Numbered from the stretch's first letter, positions 18,744 to 31,959 are shown. The stretch is 64,000 nt of DNA from a virus (IMGVR_UViG_2597490295_000013:21285-85284), one strand, 5' to 3'. Program-made: numbers and translations. Notes: generated by a model not told the origin, from the sequence alone.

Positions 18744-19367
18744 ATGAACAGTAAAATTTTACCTAGTACTTTATGTAGAGTTGTTTGCATTAAACCAGGG
18801 TTTATTGGTTTATCTGCGCCATCTTTCAAATATCACATAGTTTTTAAAGAACCTGGACAAGAAATCCAAGTTAAGTTTGAAATACTTCAAGATTCAGTAC
18901 ATGCTGATAATGGATATATTTTAAATAATTCTTTAAGAGTAATGGATAGAGATGTGCGGTTAGAACTTGGATTGAATGATGATGTAGAGTACAGATTAAC
19001 TTTAAAACAAGTAAGAAATATTATTCTTAAAGGTTCATTGGAAGAATTAAGAGATTTATTTACTTATGGTCCTGAAGGTTATGCACGTCTTGCAGCTGAC
19101 TTAGCTGTAAAAGAAAAAATTGATAGCAAAGCTAAATTAGATTTAATTCAAGATTTTAGTGGAATAGATGTTGCATTCCAAATTTTACATGAAATTGGAA
19201 TAGGTGCTTTAGATGAAAAAAATGCGGATTTAGATGCTAGCAAGGAAAGAAACTATGATACAATAGGTGTAACAAGTGAAAATAAAGATGAACCTGATGA
19301 AGATAAATCTGATGAAAATGAAACTAAGACACGAAATTATGCCAAAGTTGAAGATAATGAAGAATAA
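18744..19367 (+). CDS. Hypothetical head-associated protein
   Basis: 207 aa with RBS; acidic tail; followed by hairpin AACTGGCATATGCCAGTTTTTT. Confidence 0.65.
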   Translation: MNSKILPSTLCRVVCIKPGFIGLSAPSFKYHIVFKEPGQEIQVKFEILQDSVHADNGYILNNSLRVMDRDVRLELGLNDDVEYRLTLKQVRNIILKGSLEELRDLFTYGPEGYARLAADLAVKEKIDSKAKLDLIQDFSGIDVAFQILHEIGIGALDEKNADLDASKERNYDTIGVTSENKDEPDEDKSDENETKTRNYAKVEDNEE

Positions 19368-19409
19368 TAACTGGCATATGCCAGTTTTTTATTGATTAGG
19401 AGGTTAAAT

Positions 19410-19859
19410 ATGATTACCAAATTTGGTGATATTTATAAATTATTTATAGGTAGCATAACAGAAAAATTATATATAAATATGACAAAAGAACAAACTGAAG
19501 CAGATGCTCAAACTTTCCTAATATTATCAATTGCTGAATTTAAGTATTGTAAACTTGATATTTTAGATTTTAATTTAGATTCAGAATCTTGGAATATTTT
19601 ATTAACTTTAGATGAAATTTCACATTTAGTATTTTTAATGAAAAAACATTGGTTAAAAAGACAAATTGATAATACTGATTTATACGATCAAAAAATCTAT
19701 GCAGATAAAGATATTAAAGTATATTCTCAAGCTAATCATTTGGGAACTTTATTAGAAGCATATAAAATTGCATTATTTGATGTTAAAAAAGATAAGGATG
19801 ATTATAATAGGATTGATGGAGACAGAAATGCGTATCTTGGCATCATAGCAGGAAAGTAG
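19410..19859 (+). CDS. Putative head-tail adaptor
   Basis: Start at ATG 19410 behind AGGAGG; position after the capsid genes. Confidence 0.5.
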   Translation: MITKFGDIYKLFIGSITEKLYINMTKEQTEADAQTFLILSIAEFKYCKLDILDFNLDSESWNILLTLDEISHLVFLMKKHWLKRQIDNTDLYDQKIYADKDIKVYSQANHLGTLLEAYKIALFDVKKDKDDYNRIDGDRNAYLGIIAGK

Positions 19860-19866
19860 GCGAACA

Positions 19867-20157
19867 ATGAATAACAAGGATAATTTTACAGAACAAGATT
19901 GAAAAGATTATCTTCATTGGTTAAAAAACCAAATTTTTAAATTACTTCCCTTAAGAGAAGAAGATGGCGAATGGGAAAAATTTGCGATATCTTTAATTTG
20001 AGAATTAAGAGGGGCAAATTTTATTCAAACGAGAGTACCTTTTATGAGTCTAATATTTAAATTATCTGCACTAGGAGAAATGGCAGATTTTGCAGTTTAT
20101 AGAAAGACTATATTTGAGTGCATAAACTTAGTTGATAAATTTGATATAGGTGATTAA
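19867..20157 (+). CDS. Hypothetical protein (96 aa, 2 TGA), missing from the ORF track
   Basis: MNNKDNFTEQD(W)KDYLHWLKNQIFKLLPLREED...RKTIFECINLV; fills the gap exactly up to the next ATG. Confidence 0.7.
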
Positions 20158-21372
20158 ATGGGAGATTATTTTGATAGATATAAAGAAAGAATAAATATTT
20201 TAGGCAATACATTTGCGGAAAAAATGGATAAAGATGCGAAAGAAGTTTATGAAAGATATATGTTTGACAAAGGCACTGATACCGCAGTTATAAATTTGAA
20301 TGAATACCGCATTTCGAAGATAAATGATAAAGATAATGAAACAGTAGAACAGTATATAATTCTTGCAGACAGAAATTCTCCTTTTACGACAGGGACAGTT
20401 TTTGAAATTGATTGTGTTTTTTATATAGTTATTTATGAAGTACAAACTGAACATAACCAATATTTTAAAGGCTATGCTAGGAGATGTACTCATTCTTTGA
20501 AGATTAAAACTGAAGCGGGAGTGTATTTATATGATGCTTATATTGAAGGTATTAATGGTGTGAATATGAAAAGAACTGTTACAGAGGGCTTGATTGTAGA
20601 TGATGATCAAGCATCTGGTAAAGTTATAATACAAAAAGATAGTTATTTTAGATATATTAAACCTTTAAAAACTAGAATTTTTATTGGTGATGAAGTTTAT
20701 AAAATAGTTGGGAAAAATTCATTACAAGATATGGGATATTTAAGAGTTGAAAAAGATATTATTAATACTTTTACAGATAATAAAGTTTTAGGTATTGCAG
20801 ATTACTATGAAGATGTAGAAATCGAACATAATTTCTATATATCTGCGACAACTGTATCTGGGATTGCTCTTGGTTTAGATACTGAATATGAGATAGAGGA
20901 TATATTAGATATTCAAATAAAAAATTATGAGGGTGAATTTGTACCTATGGCATATACTTTAAATGCGATTGCTACGGAAATTAATATAAATGGAAGTAAA
21001 ATTACTCCTTTGGTTTTAGGAAATCTTAAACTTTATATTACTTTAGATGAGGATGTAAATTCAAGAGCTGAAGTAGTATTAGAAGTATTAAATGATGATA
21101 TTCTTAATTATACTATGACAGGAGAAGATACTTTAGTTTGGTCTGAATCATCAATTTATGAAATAACTAAATTTATATCTGATGTAGAAGTTCCTTCTAC
21201 TTGAGCATTTACAATAGAAAGTGGTGCGGATTTAGTTGATTTAGAGGTTATAGATGGAAATTCTTGCAGTTTAGTTGCTAAAGAAGAAGGACAAGTAGGT
21301 ATAGTTGTGCTCTTGGGCACTAATGGATTAGAAGAAGTTAGAATGAATATTAATATAGTATCATGGTGGTAA
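20158..21372 (+). CDS. Putative head closure/neck protein with a C-terminal Ig-like extension (404 aa, 1 TGA)
   Basis: Read-through at 21202-21204 extends to TAA 21372, just before the next RBS. Confidence 0.55.
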
Positions 21373-21385
21373 AAGGAGGTAACTA

Positions 21386-21877
21386 ATGCGTTCAAGAACA
21401 AATAGAGCAATTGCGAAAATAAATAAAAGTTTAAATATTATAGCTGGGATCTTAGCGCAAAATGAAGAGTTAAGACAATTTCTTTTTTATCCAGCTGATT
21501 CTTTTGATGATTCATTAGAATTAATAGATAGAAAAACAGTTATGGAAAAATGTACAGACATAGTAGTTAATTATCCAGATAGAATGGAAGCTATTGGTGC
21601 TTTCTTAGTTATTGGTGTACCTGAAATGCATGTTAATGAAAAAAATAGTAAATTTATGGATATTGTTTTAACTATAGATGTAATGATTCATGAGAATAGT
21701 GAAAAATTTGGTGTTGGGTTAAGAGTATTTGAAATTACAGATTTAATAGATTATCTTCTTAATGAAACTGACATACAAGGTATAGGAAAATTAAAATTAA
21801 CAGATTTATTTTTCCAAGTTTATACTCCAGGTGTTAGAGGATATACAATGGTTTTCCATAATAGAGATATGAACTAA
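21386..21877 (+). CDS. Putative tail terminator/neck protein
   Basis: 163 aa in the neck module; IDYLLN...GIGKL pattern; position. Confidence 0.5.
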   Translation: MRSRTNRAIAKINKSLNIIAGILAQNEELRQFLFYPADSFDDSLELIDRKTVMEKCTDIVVNYPDRMEAIGAFLVIGVPEMHVNEKNSKFMDIVLTIDVMIHENSEKFGVGLRVFEITDLIDYLLNETDIQGIGKLKLTDLFFQVYTPGVRGYTMVFHNRDMN

Positions 21878-23502
21878 TGAGTAGTTTATTTAATAGAGAT
21901 AAGCAAGGTAGAGTGAAAGGCTTAATGAGTCAATATGAAGAAGTTAAAGCTTTTTATAGTCATGTAGGTATTTATAAAAATCATGGCTATAAAAAGACTA
22001 ATCCTTTGTATATTTCTATTTTTTCTTATATAGAAGATGGTAATAAAGAAAGAGCGTCAACTACCAAAGGGTTAAGTGCTAGACAGTATTACGTTTATAA
22101 TCAAGGATTGTCTTTATCAGATATAAATATTCCAAAAGATAAAAGACGTAAAATTAAATCTAGTGCGGAATTTAAAAATTTATTAGATGCGGAAGTTAGT
22201 AAATATTTAAAACAAGTAACTGGAAAATATAAAGATATGTCAGATGGGCAAGTCTATAAAATTATAGAGCAAAGAATAGAACAAAATAATAAAGAACTGG
22301 GGATTATGCCTACAGACGCAGAAGCAGATTTTAATAAAAAATTTCTTGGAGCAGTTTTTAATAATTCTAAAAAAATGGCTAAAGATAAAAATAGAGATTT
22401 AATAAAAGAAAGTTTTATTGAACTTCAAGATTTTATAAATAGAACAATAAAAGAAGGAGAGAGTTCTTTATCTGTAGGAGGAGAAAAAAAAGGAAAAAAA
22501 GATTATTATGTACTTAATCTTAGTAAAGATATGAAAGAAATCAGTAGTCAATATGAAGCTTTATTAGAGCATATAAAAAAAGCTTTAATTAAAGGACTTA
22601 AAGAAGGTTCCATGCATCCAAAATTTACTAGTCAATTATTTAGTTTTTATGATAGTTTACAAAATAGAGTTCTTATTTATGAAAGAAAATCTGGATCAAA
22701 AAAAGTTAAAAAAGGTTATATAAGATATTTTAATGAAGCCGGTATTAAAATGGATATGAAATCTTTAATAGTTGGAGAAGATAAGAATAAGAAACTTAGC
22801 ATGATAAATGAAATTACTAGTATCCTTAGCAATGCAGCGGGATTAGGATATGAGATAGCTATTTTAGCTGCAGCAATAGAATTAATGGGGAAAGGTAGAG
22901 ATGTCAATAATAATTTTAAAGATATTTCTAAAGAAGAACTTAAACGTAGATCTTTACAAATTATGGTAAATGAATCTAAGAGAAAGAAAGATATTAAAAT
23001 AGAAGGAAAAGTTTTTAGTGGAGAAGTAACAGGAGATTTAATAGTAGATGGAAAAACTTCTAAAGCAGATGTTGTATTAAGAATCGAAAATAAACTTAGA
23101 AAAACTAAAACAGAATTTAAAATTTCTGCGAAAAATTATAATAGTGGAAAATTTAAAGTTCATACTGGGAAAGTAACAAGTTTTGCTTCAGCAATAAGTC
23201 AAAAAGGCAGACAAAAAGAAGCATATATTGCACAATCAATGTTTGATACTATTGCTTGGTATCCAGCTTATTTTGATAAAGGTAAGGGAAATGATTCTAT
23301 ATATAATATGTTTAAAAAAATGATTTTATTAAATTTAGATTTCTTTTATGGTTTTGATGTAACTCAATTATTTTCTGCAGGAGCAAGAGGATATGAGAAT
23401 ATGTCAGAGGTGCTTTTAAGAACAGCTATAAAGAAAATTGAAATAAATAAAGAATCTGGTTCTATAAGTTTAATAGTAAGGGTGAATAAAAATGTACAAT
23501 AG
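21877..23502 (+). CDS. Hypothetical Lys-rich protein
   Basis: 541 aa, translationally coupled to the upstream gene (TAATG); no recognisable motif. Confidence 0.7.
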   Translation: MSSLFNRDKQGRVKGLMSQYEEVKAFYSHVGIYKNHGYKKTNPLYISIFSYIEDGNKERASTTKGLSARQYYVYNQGLSLSDINIPKDKRRKIKSSAEFKNLLDAEVSKYLKQVTGKYKDMSDGQVYKIIEQRIEQNNKELGIMPTDAEADFNKKFLGAVFNNSKKMAKDKNRDLIKESFIELQDFINRTIKEGESSLSVGGEKKGKKDYYVLNLSKDMKEISSQYEALLEHIKKALIKGLKEGSMHPKFTSQLFSFYDSLQNRVLIYERKSGSKKVKKGYIRYFNEAGIKMDMKSLIVGEDKNKKLSMINEITSILSNAAGLGYEIAILAAAIELMGKGRDVNNNFKDISKEELKRRSLQIMVNESKRKKDIKIEGKVFSGEVTGDLIVDGKTSKADVVLRIENKLRKTKTEFKISAKNYNSGKFKVHTGKVTSFASAISQKGRQKEAYIAQSMFDTIAWYPAYFDKGKGNDSIYNMFKKMILLNLDFFYGFDVTQLFSAGARGYENMSEVLLRTAIKKIEINKESGSISLIVRVNKNVQ

Positions 23503-24346
23503 AATGAAGTTGTTAGCGGGTAAGAAAGTATTTGACAAAGAATTTAAAACATATTTTTATCCTTTAACTCTTGATTTTATTGCAGAAGAGTTTGAAGAAG
23601 AAATACTTTTTTTAAATCCTATGAATATTTTATCAATGGATGAATATGATTTAAAATTTCACGCAGATAAAATTATGGATAATAGTAAAGATTCTGCAGA
23701 ACCTATTAAAGATTTAGTATTAACAAGATATCAAATTATTATGATTTATATTATTACGGGGATTAGAGAAAAAAATCCTGAATCTTTTTTACAATTAATT
23801 AAAGGATTCTCAATAATTTTTGAAAAAACTTTTGGTTCAAAATTTAAATTTAATATGGAAGAATTTACTTTTACATCAAAAGATAAAGTAATAATTACTA
23901 AAATTATAAATTCGGACGGATTAGTTAAAACTCAATTAGAAGATTTTTTAATTATAAATGAGGATAACTTTGAAAGAGTTTGTGATTCAATAAAAGAAGT
24001 AAATGGTTGAAATGTAGGTACTAATGAAGATAAGCCTGAATATAATCCAATTAATGAAAAAGCTAGGAAAATAGCTGAGAAGCTAAACAAAGCTAGAAAA
24101 AAAATACAAAATTTAAAGGCGAAAGATTCTTCAAAAGATGAAGTTACTTTAACTGATTTTATTTCTTCATATAGTACACAAGCGAAAATCAATATAAATG
24201 AAGTGTATGGCACTTATACTTTATTTCAATTTTTTATGCAAAGTGCCAGAGAATCCCTATATTTTGAATATAATACGAATATTCAAGCAATGCTTCATGG
24301 GGCTTCTGACGTTGAATTAAAAAATTGAAGCAAAAAAATAAATTAA
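23492..24346 (+). CDS. Conserved tail-module hypothetical protein (284 aa, 2 TGA)
   Basis: Read-through at 24008 and 24326 extends to TAA 24346, next to the RBS of the tail tube gene. Confidence 0.7.
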
Positions 24347-24359
24347 GGAGGAAATTTCC

Positions 24360-25181
24360 ATGAGATTTGGTATTAGAGAAGTTGCAGATGTAACTTTTAG
24401 AACTTTAGCAGAAATGGTAATTGGTGGACAAACATTCACTGTTGGCGAACCTGTTCTTTATTTTGAATCTTTGAAAGCTTCTACTTTAACTGGTAGTGCG
24501 AATACTGTTTTCGCTACTGGAGGTAGAGGAGCGAATAAATTAATCGGTTGGGATGGAGACAAAGAAATAGTTTTCACTATTGAAGATGCTCTTATTTCAC
24601 AAGAATCTTTTGCTATTCTTTCAGGTGCGGATTTAGTGAGCTATGATGGTTCAGCTACAAAAGCTAAAGAACATAAAAAAGAATTACTACAATTAGATGC
24701 TTCAGAAACAGTTACTTGTGCAGAAACATTTTTAGAAAGTGAAACAGACTATCCATTGTTTATTTATTTAAGTAATGGTTCTGGTGAAATTGGTGAAAAA
24801 ATTACGGATGGTTCTTATACAAATAATCCTATTATTGATTTTATAGCTTCTGTGCATGTAGATTTAGTAGTTGGTGCTTGGGTAATAGTAGATTATTACT
24901 TTGAAAGTACAAATGAAGTAAAAAGTTTAGTTATTAAAACAGATTCTTTCGGTGGATACTTTAAAATTGAAGGAGCTTGCCTATGGAGAAGAGAACTAGA
25001 TGGTGCTGACTTACCAGCTTATTTAACAATCCCTAGAGCAAAAATTAGAACTAACTTTGAATTTAACATGACTCCAGATGGAGATCCATCTACATTCACT
25101 TTTGAATTAGATGCTTTCCCAGCAACTGTTTCAGGTGTTGGAACAAATGTTTTATTCTTATTAGATGTAGAAGAAGTATAA
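24360..25181 (+). CDS. Major tail (tube) protein
   Basis: 273 aa; MRFGIREVADVTF start, GGRGA..LIGWD, MTPDGDPSTFTF; position upstream of chaperone and TMP. Confidence 0.7.
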   Translation: MRFGIREVADVTFRTLAEMVIGGQTFTVGEPVLYFESLKASTLTGSANTVFATGGRGANKLIGWDGDKEIVFTIEDALISQESFAILSGADLVSYDGSATKAKEHKKELLQLDASETVTCAETFLESETDYPLFIYLSNGSGEIGEKITDGSYTNNPIIDFIASVHVDLVVGAWVIVDYYFESTNEVKSLVIKTDSFGGYFKIEGACLWRRELDGADLPAYLTIPRAKIRTNFEFNMTPDGDPSTFTFELDAFPATVSGVGTNVLFLLDVEEV

Positions 25182-25199
25182 GATAATTAAATATTTGGA

Positions 25200-25463
25200 G
25201 TGATTAATTTCACTCCAATAATTTACTTTAGATTAGAAGGAGGACATATAAATATTAAAGAATTAAAAAAATTTTTAAAAAGAAGTTTTAGACGTTTTTT
25301 AAAAACTGAAAAAAAATATTATATAGATCAACAAGTTAAAAATAATTTACCATTAGACTATTGCGAAGGATTCAAAATAGGAGATGAACTTGGTATAATT
25401 ATAGAATTGGAAGTAGATGGTAATATTTCTATAAAAGTAATAGAACATATTAATTTACAATAA
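25200..25463 (+). CDS. Small hypothetical protein (start uncertain)
   Basis: Open frame; the best RBS (AAGGAGG, ~25237) lies inside the predicted ORF, before an in-frame ATA. Confidence 0.45.
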   Translation: MINFTPIIYFRLEGGHINIKELKKFLKRSFRRFLKTEKKYYIDQQVKNNLPLDYCEGFKIGDELGIIIELEVDGNISIKVIEHINLQ

Positions 25464-25474
25464 AGGAGAATAAT

Positions 25475-25984
25475 ATGAATATAAAGGATATTGAAAAATA
25501 TAATAAAATTGAAAATAATATCAAAATAGTAAAAATTGCAGAAGGAAAAATAATTCACGTTAAAAAATATTTAGCATCTGACCAAAAAATGGCTTTTGTA
25601 ATAGATATAGTTAACAGATGTGTTGATGGTGGAAGAGTTATTCCTGTATCAGTTGATATCGTAACTTACATGAATTTTGTAATTTATTATAGTGATTTAG
25701 AAATAGATTTAGAAGAAAAAAGTATTTTTGAAGTTTATGATATTTTAGTACAAAGCAATGTATTAAGAAGAATATTAGAAGTTATTCCAGAAGAAGAATT
25801 AGATGCGATGGTTGAGTATGTTAAAGAAAGTATTGAAAATGAAATTAGTTATGCTAGTTCAATCGCTGGTGGAATAGGTGAAATGACAAAAGTAATTGCA
25901 GAAGCTTCACTTCCAGGGTTTATAGAAGCAGTTAAAGAAAATCCTGAAATGTTAGAAGAACCAAAAGAAGAAGAAGAAGAATAA
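25475..25984 (+). CDS. Putative tail assembly chaperone
   Basis: 169 aa acidic protein directly upstream of the TMP; followed by terminator ATCCTGTTTAACAGGATTTTTT. Confidence 0.5.
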   Translation: MNIKDIEKYNKIENNIKIVKIAEGKIIHVKKYLASDQKMAFVIDIVNRCVDGGRVIPVSVDIVTYMNFVIYYSDLEIDLEEKSIFEVYDILVQSNVLRRILEVIPEEELDAMVEYVKESIENEISYASSIAGGIGEMTKVIAEASLPGFIEAVKENPEMLEEPKEEEEE

Positions 25985-26115
25985 ATCCTGTTTAACAGGA
26001 TTTTTTTTTTATGTGTAATTATCTGATTGGGCAGATTAGTTCAATATATCTTATACATTTTTGATTTTCATATAGGAGTAACATAGGATTTTAAAAGGAA
26101 GAAGGAGGAGAATAA

Positions 26116-29100
26116 ATGGCTGATTTTAAGTATACTTACGCCCTTGCTATGGATAAAGTTTCTAAAAAGCAATCATTAAAAGATTTAGATCAATTCTCTA
26201 AATCGATAGAGAAAATCTCACCAGAGATATCTCCTTTTAGTCGTAAAGATTTAACAAAGCTAGAAAAAGATTTAGGTAAAGCTAAAAAAGTAATTAATAA
26301 TACTTTTTCTGGACAAAAATATGTTCAATTTGAAGAAATGAATAAATCTTTATCTAAAGTAGGAGTAAATCTTAAAAATGTTAATAGTAAAGTCTTACAA
26401 ATTAATAGAGCTGAAAGCATGGTCGGTGGCGTAGCTAGTAAATATAAACAAATGGCACAAGAAATAAGCGTAGCGGGAGCAATGCATAATAGATTAAATA
26501 AATTTGTAGGAACTTTTACAAAGTTAGTTAGTTTTAAAGTTTCAATCGCCGCTTATCAATTTATTACGCAACAGTTCAGAGAAGCTGTAGAATTCACTAA
26601 AGAATTAGACAAGACTTTAACTGAAATTGCTACAGTATCAGGTGCGTCAAGAAAGCAATTAGGTAAATACGCAGTTGAATTTAATAAAATGGCGGAAGAA
26701 ATGGGTCGTACAACTAATGAAATGGCTAAAGCTTCAGTTATCTTCTTTAGACAAGGTAAGGCAACTGCGGAAGTAATGGAATTGGTTGAAGCTACAACTA
26801 TTGCCGCATCAATTGCACATACAGAAATGGCTCAAACATCAGAGTACTTAACTGCTACTTTAAATGGTTTTAAACTTGAAGCAGTGGAAGCTATGTCTGT
26901 AGTAGATAAATTTTCTGCTATTGCAGCAAATGCTGGAACATCTTTTGAAGAATTAGCGATTGGTTTAACTAAGGTTGCATCTGGAGCAAACAATGCTGGT
27001 ATCGATCTTGATCACATGATGACTTATATAGCTACAGTTTCTGAAGCAACAAGAGAAACAGCTACAAATATTGGTACATCTTTCAAAACTATTATTGCTC
27101 GTTTTAGAGGTGTTACTTCAGAAGGACATGAATCTGCGGCAACTCTTAACTCTGTAGACAAAGCTTTACAAAGTTTAGGAATTTCACTTAGAGGTCCTGA
27201 TGGACAATTAAGAGATTTACAAGATGTATTAGGTGAATTAGGACAACAATGGGGAGATTTAGATACAAATACTAAAGCTTACATTGCAACAGTAGCAGCT
27301 GGTACAAGACAACAAAATAGATTCATTGCATTAATGGAAAATTATGATAGAAGTTTAGAAATCTTAGCGATTTCGTTAAATAGTGCTGGAGCAGCACAAG
27401 CTCAATTTGGGGAGTTCTCTAAAGGTATTGAATTCTCAATTAATCAATTAAGAGCATCATTAGAAAGATTATGGTCTAGTCTAGTTTCTAGTCAAGATAT
27501 TAAATTTCTAGTAGAAGGATTAACAAAAATAGTTAAAGCTTTAACTTATTTAGGTGAGAGTTTTAGTCATATAGCATTATTTGCTATTGGTTTTAACAAA
27601 ATTCTTACTAAAGTATTTACTGGAATGGTTGTTGGTTCTACAGATATTTCTAATTTAACTAAAAAAATACAAGTACATGGTGGTTCAATTAAAAAATTAA
27701 CTGCTAGTTATAAAATATTATCGCACCAAAGAAATAAAATGAAAACTGATAAATTTGCTCAACAAGTTTTATCTGCGAGTGAATTTGAAAGATATGCAAC
27801 TGGAGTGCGTCAAGCAGGAGATGCTTATTTAGAAGCAAGCGAACCTTTAAAGCAAGCTACTGCGCAAATGAAAGCTTTTACTTTACAATCTGAAGAAGCT
27901 GATGCTATAGTAAAAGATTTTGCAAAAAATTATAATAAAGTTGCGAAAGGTAAATCTTTATTTGGAAAAGAAAAACAATTAGAAGATTTAGTAGGAAAAA
28001 GAGCAGTAGATCCTAAAACTTTAGAAGTTAATGAAAAATTATTAAATGCAAGAATACAAGAAAGAAATTTATCAATAGAAGATACTGCTAGATTAAAAAG
28101 TAATTTATTATTAGCACAAGAAAAATTAGGATTACAAAAAGATATTACAGAAGAAACAAAAAATATAAAAGCAATAATGCCTGAATTAGTGAAAGATGAA
28201 AAAGCAGCAAAAGAAGCTTTAAGACAAGAAGTTGTTTTACAAAAGAAAAAAACTGCTGAACTTCAAAAACAAAGAAAATCTGTTGCTCATGCTAAATTGG
28301 CGGCAATAGGAACTTTAATAGTAGTTCAAGGAATTGCTAGCGCTATTTCTGAAGGTGATGGAACAATAGAAGATACAAGAGATAGAGTATTAAAACTTAC
28401 TAATTCATTAGCAAGCATGGCTTTAATAATGTCTCCAGAACCTATAACTAAAGCTATTGCAGCTGGAGTTTTAGTTGCGGGAGCGATAGTTACTAAATTT
28501 TGGAAAACTAACACTGAAAAATTAAAAGAATATAGAGATGAAATAGATGAGTTATCACAAAATTTACAAGTTTTAGGTGATATAGATAAGAGTTATGAAG
28601 AATTAAGAATTAAAGCTGCTAGAGGTGGTATAAAATTCTTAGATGAAGATGAACAAAAACAATTATTTGATTATATGCAAAGAATTGCAAATATAGATAA
28701 AGATTTAGTTATTGATTATTCTGTAGAAGGTAGACCTATTATTGATTTAACAAAATCAATAGATGAATTAATAGAAGCTCAACAAGAATTAGTCAGACAA
28801 AATAAACAAAATATTGTTAGTTCAACAGAATTAAAAGAAATTTGAGAAGAAACAACAGAAGCAGCGTTAAAAGCACAAGAACTTAAATTTCAAGCACCTA
28901 GAGGTGGCAGAAGTACAGTTCAACGTGGTAGAGAAGGTTCAAAAACATTTGGTAAAGAAATAGGTTTATCTTTGCAAGATTTTGCAGAAGAGAGTAAAAA
29001 AGCTAGAACTGAAGCTTTGCTAGATATGATTCCTTTTTTAAAAACTGAAACAACAGAATTTAAAAAAATTTTTATAGATCAATGGTTAAAAATTTTTGAT

Positions 29101-31959
29101 GTAGATAGCATAAGAAATGAACTTGGAACAATTTCTGATGATTTCTATAATATGGTAAGCAATAGTTTAGGAGAAGCAGCAAGAGAAGGTGTATTAAGTT
29201 CAGAAGATGCAGATAAAATTGTAGATAATATTTTAATTACTCTTGGAGAATCATTCGATTTAACAGAAGAAGAATTAGCATTTTTAGATGGTCTTTTTGT
29301 AGAAGAATTAAAAAATAGATTCACAATTCTTGCAGAAGAAGTAGCTGAAGCTATGGTTTCAATAGCTGGATTATTAACATCTTATGCAGATTTAGAAAAA
29401 TCTACTAGCAAATTAAAAGATGCTAAACAAAAATTAGTTAATGAAGAAAAATTAGAAACTGAGGAAGTTTTAGCTTTAGTTGAAGAATATGGTTCATTAA
29501 TTGAATATTTAGATTTAACTGCAGACAATGCTGGAATTACAGCTGAAGCATTAGATGAAGCATCAGACATCCTAGTTCAAGCAGAAATAGAAACTGCTAG
29601 AGCAAAATTAGAAGGAGTTACAGCTACATTAAAAGCTGCTGAAGCAAATTCAGAACAAATTCTTAGTCTTTACGCATTAGCAGCAGCTCAAAGAGAAACT
29701 ATTCCTTATTCATTAGCTTCAATGGCATTACAAGCTAAAGCTGCTAAAGATAATATTGCTTCTTTAAAACAACAACAAAGAAATATTAGAACTTTTATTG
29801 CGGAATTAATGAATTATACTTTAGAAGTAGAAAGATCTACTGAAGCTCAAGATTCTTGGACTGCTAGTATTAAAAAGTCAGCTTTGGAATTTAAAAATAT
29901 GAATGAATTATTAGAAACTTCTAATGAAGAATTAACAAATTTAAGAAATGAAATTAAAAGTCTTGAAGAAGACATGAAAGATGCTGATTTAGGAACTATT
30001 TCTACTTTAGAAGCACATATGGAAGCTTATGACAAGTTAAGAGGTGTTTTAGAAGGTCAATTAAATTTACAAGATAATTTAAAAGAAGAAGCATTAGAAG
30101 GATTAACTCAAGTTCTTGGTATTTTAGAAGAAGATATTCCAGGAATTGATATTAATGATATCATTGTTGACGGTAAAGTAGATGATACTAAATTTAATAA
30201 TTTAGTTAATTTTGCTAAAGAACAAGTTAATAAATTAAATGAAGAGTTAGCTTTAGGAAGAGGAACGAAAGCAACAGAAAATCAAGTTAAAATTTATCAT
30301 ACTTTAATTAATGAAGTTGAAAGTTATAAAGACGCGATTGAAAAATCTGATATTGCTATTGATAAAGTTAATGACAATTTAGAAGATACAAGAAAAAAAC
30401 AACAAGAGTATTATGAGAGTATTCTTATAAATACTTTAACTTATATAGAAGATGCGCTTAAACAAAAATTTGAGAAAGCATTTGAAGACATACAAGAAGC
30501 ACACGATAAATCTGTGGAAGCGATAGAAGATGAACGAGATCTTTGGGATGAAATTTTAGAAAAACAAAAAGAAAGATTAAATATAGAAAAAGAATTAAGA
30601 GAATCCGAAAAAGAAAGAAGAGATTTATTAAAGGATATTGGAGAAAAACAAGCTGAAATTAATAAATTATCTTTAGATGACTCTTTATTTGCTAAGAAAA
30701 GAATTAAAGATTTAACAGGTTTAGTTGAAAAAGATAAAGCTAAATTAGAGGACATTGAATATGATACAACATTTGATGCTAGAATTGCGGCTTTAGATCA
30801 GTTAGATGCAGTAAAACAAAAAGATTTTGAAAAAAGACTTGGTGGATTAGAAACTTATTTGCAAAGCCAAGAAATTAGATTTGAAACTTTACTTCAAGAA
30901 GGTAACTTAGAAAGAATGGCAGCAGCTCTTCTTAGAGGTGCGAAATTTAAAGTTATAGGTGATGAAGTTATTGAGTTAAATGGATTAATAACAGAACTTG
31001 GAGAAGAACTTGAAAAAACTGGTACAAGAAAACAATTAGAAGGATTCAATACCTTTAAAGAAGAATTAGAATTAACTAAAGATATTTTAGCTGAAATAGG
31101 AATGACTTATGAAACTGTAATTATTGATTGGAGTCAAATAGATTCTAAGAATTTAAAAGATTTTGAAGCAGACATAATTAGTGCAGCAGATTTAGTAGGA
31201 AGTTCTTTCTCAAGCAATATTTTAGATGAATTTAAAGTTGGTACTTCTTCTCTTGTAAATGAAATAGGATTAAAAGCTGAAGAGATGACTATAAAGATTG
31301 GTGATCATGCAAATTCTGTTGTTAAAATTTATAGAGATATGATTGTTGATATAAATAAAGCTGTAGCAGCATTAGGAGAAGAATTAGAAGAAATTCCTGA
31401 TAAAGTAGGAGCAATTCCTAGTATTTTTGATAGATTATATGCAATGGCAGATGAAGAAACTAGACAGTTATTGCTTGAAGCTGGAGTTATTAATATTGAA
31501 GCTAAAGAAGTTATATTATCTACAGAGAAGAGATTTCCTGAAGATAAATTTACTGATTATCCAACTCCAGGAGGTCCAATTATTATGCCACCGAAAGATT
31601 CTTCTAATGGATTAACTCCAGACGAAATAAAAGCACTTGAAGCACTATACGGTAGCGCAAATGGTAATTTTGTTGAACAAGATGGATTAACTTTTGTACA
31701 TGGTGAAAGTAGTCCTGAATGGATTTTTAATTCTTCACAATTAGAGTCAGTTATAGAAATGACTAATATGAACATGATAAAAAGCTTAGCAAGTCTTAAA
31801 TTAAAAGCTCCAATCGATAGTAGCGAAGTTATAATTAAGAATTTAATTAATATTGAAGGGAATGCAACAGAACAAACAGTAATAGAAATTAAAAAATTAG
31901 CTAAACAAATTGCACCATATATAGATAAACGAGTGGTTAATAATATTAAGAAGAGATAA
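26116..31959 (+). CDS. Tape measure protein (1947 aa, 1 TGA)
   Basis: Fragments 26116 and 28972 are in frame across TGA 28843; TP901-like tape-measure core (LTEIATVSG...TNIGTSFKTIIARF), long coiled coils, C-terminal VHGESSPEWIF. Confidence 0.92.

Noticed and set aside
25475-26115. Programmed frameshift producing a G-T-like tail chaperone extension
   Set aside because: A terminator follows the stop directly and no second open frame spans the gap to the TMP
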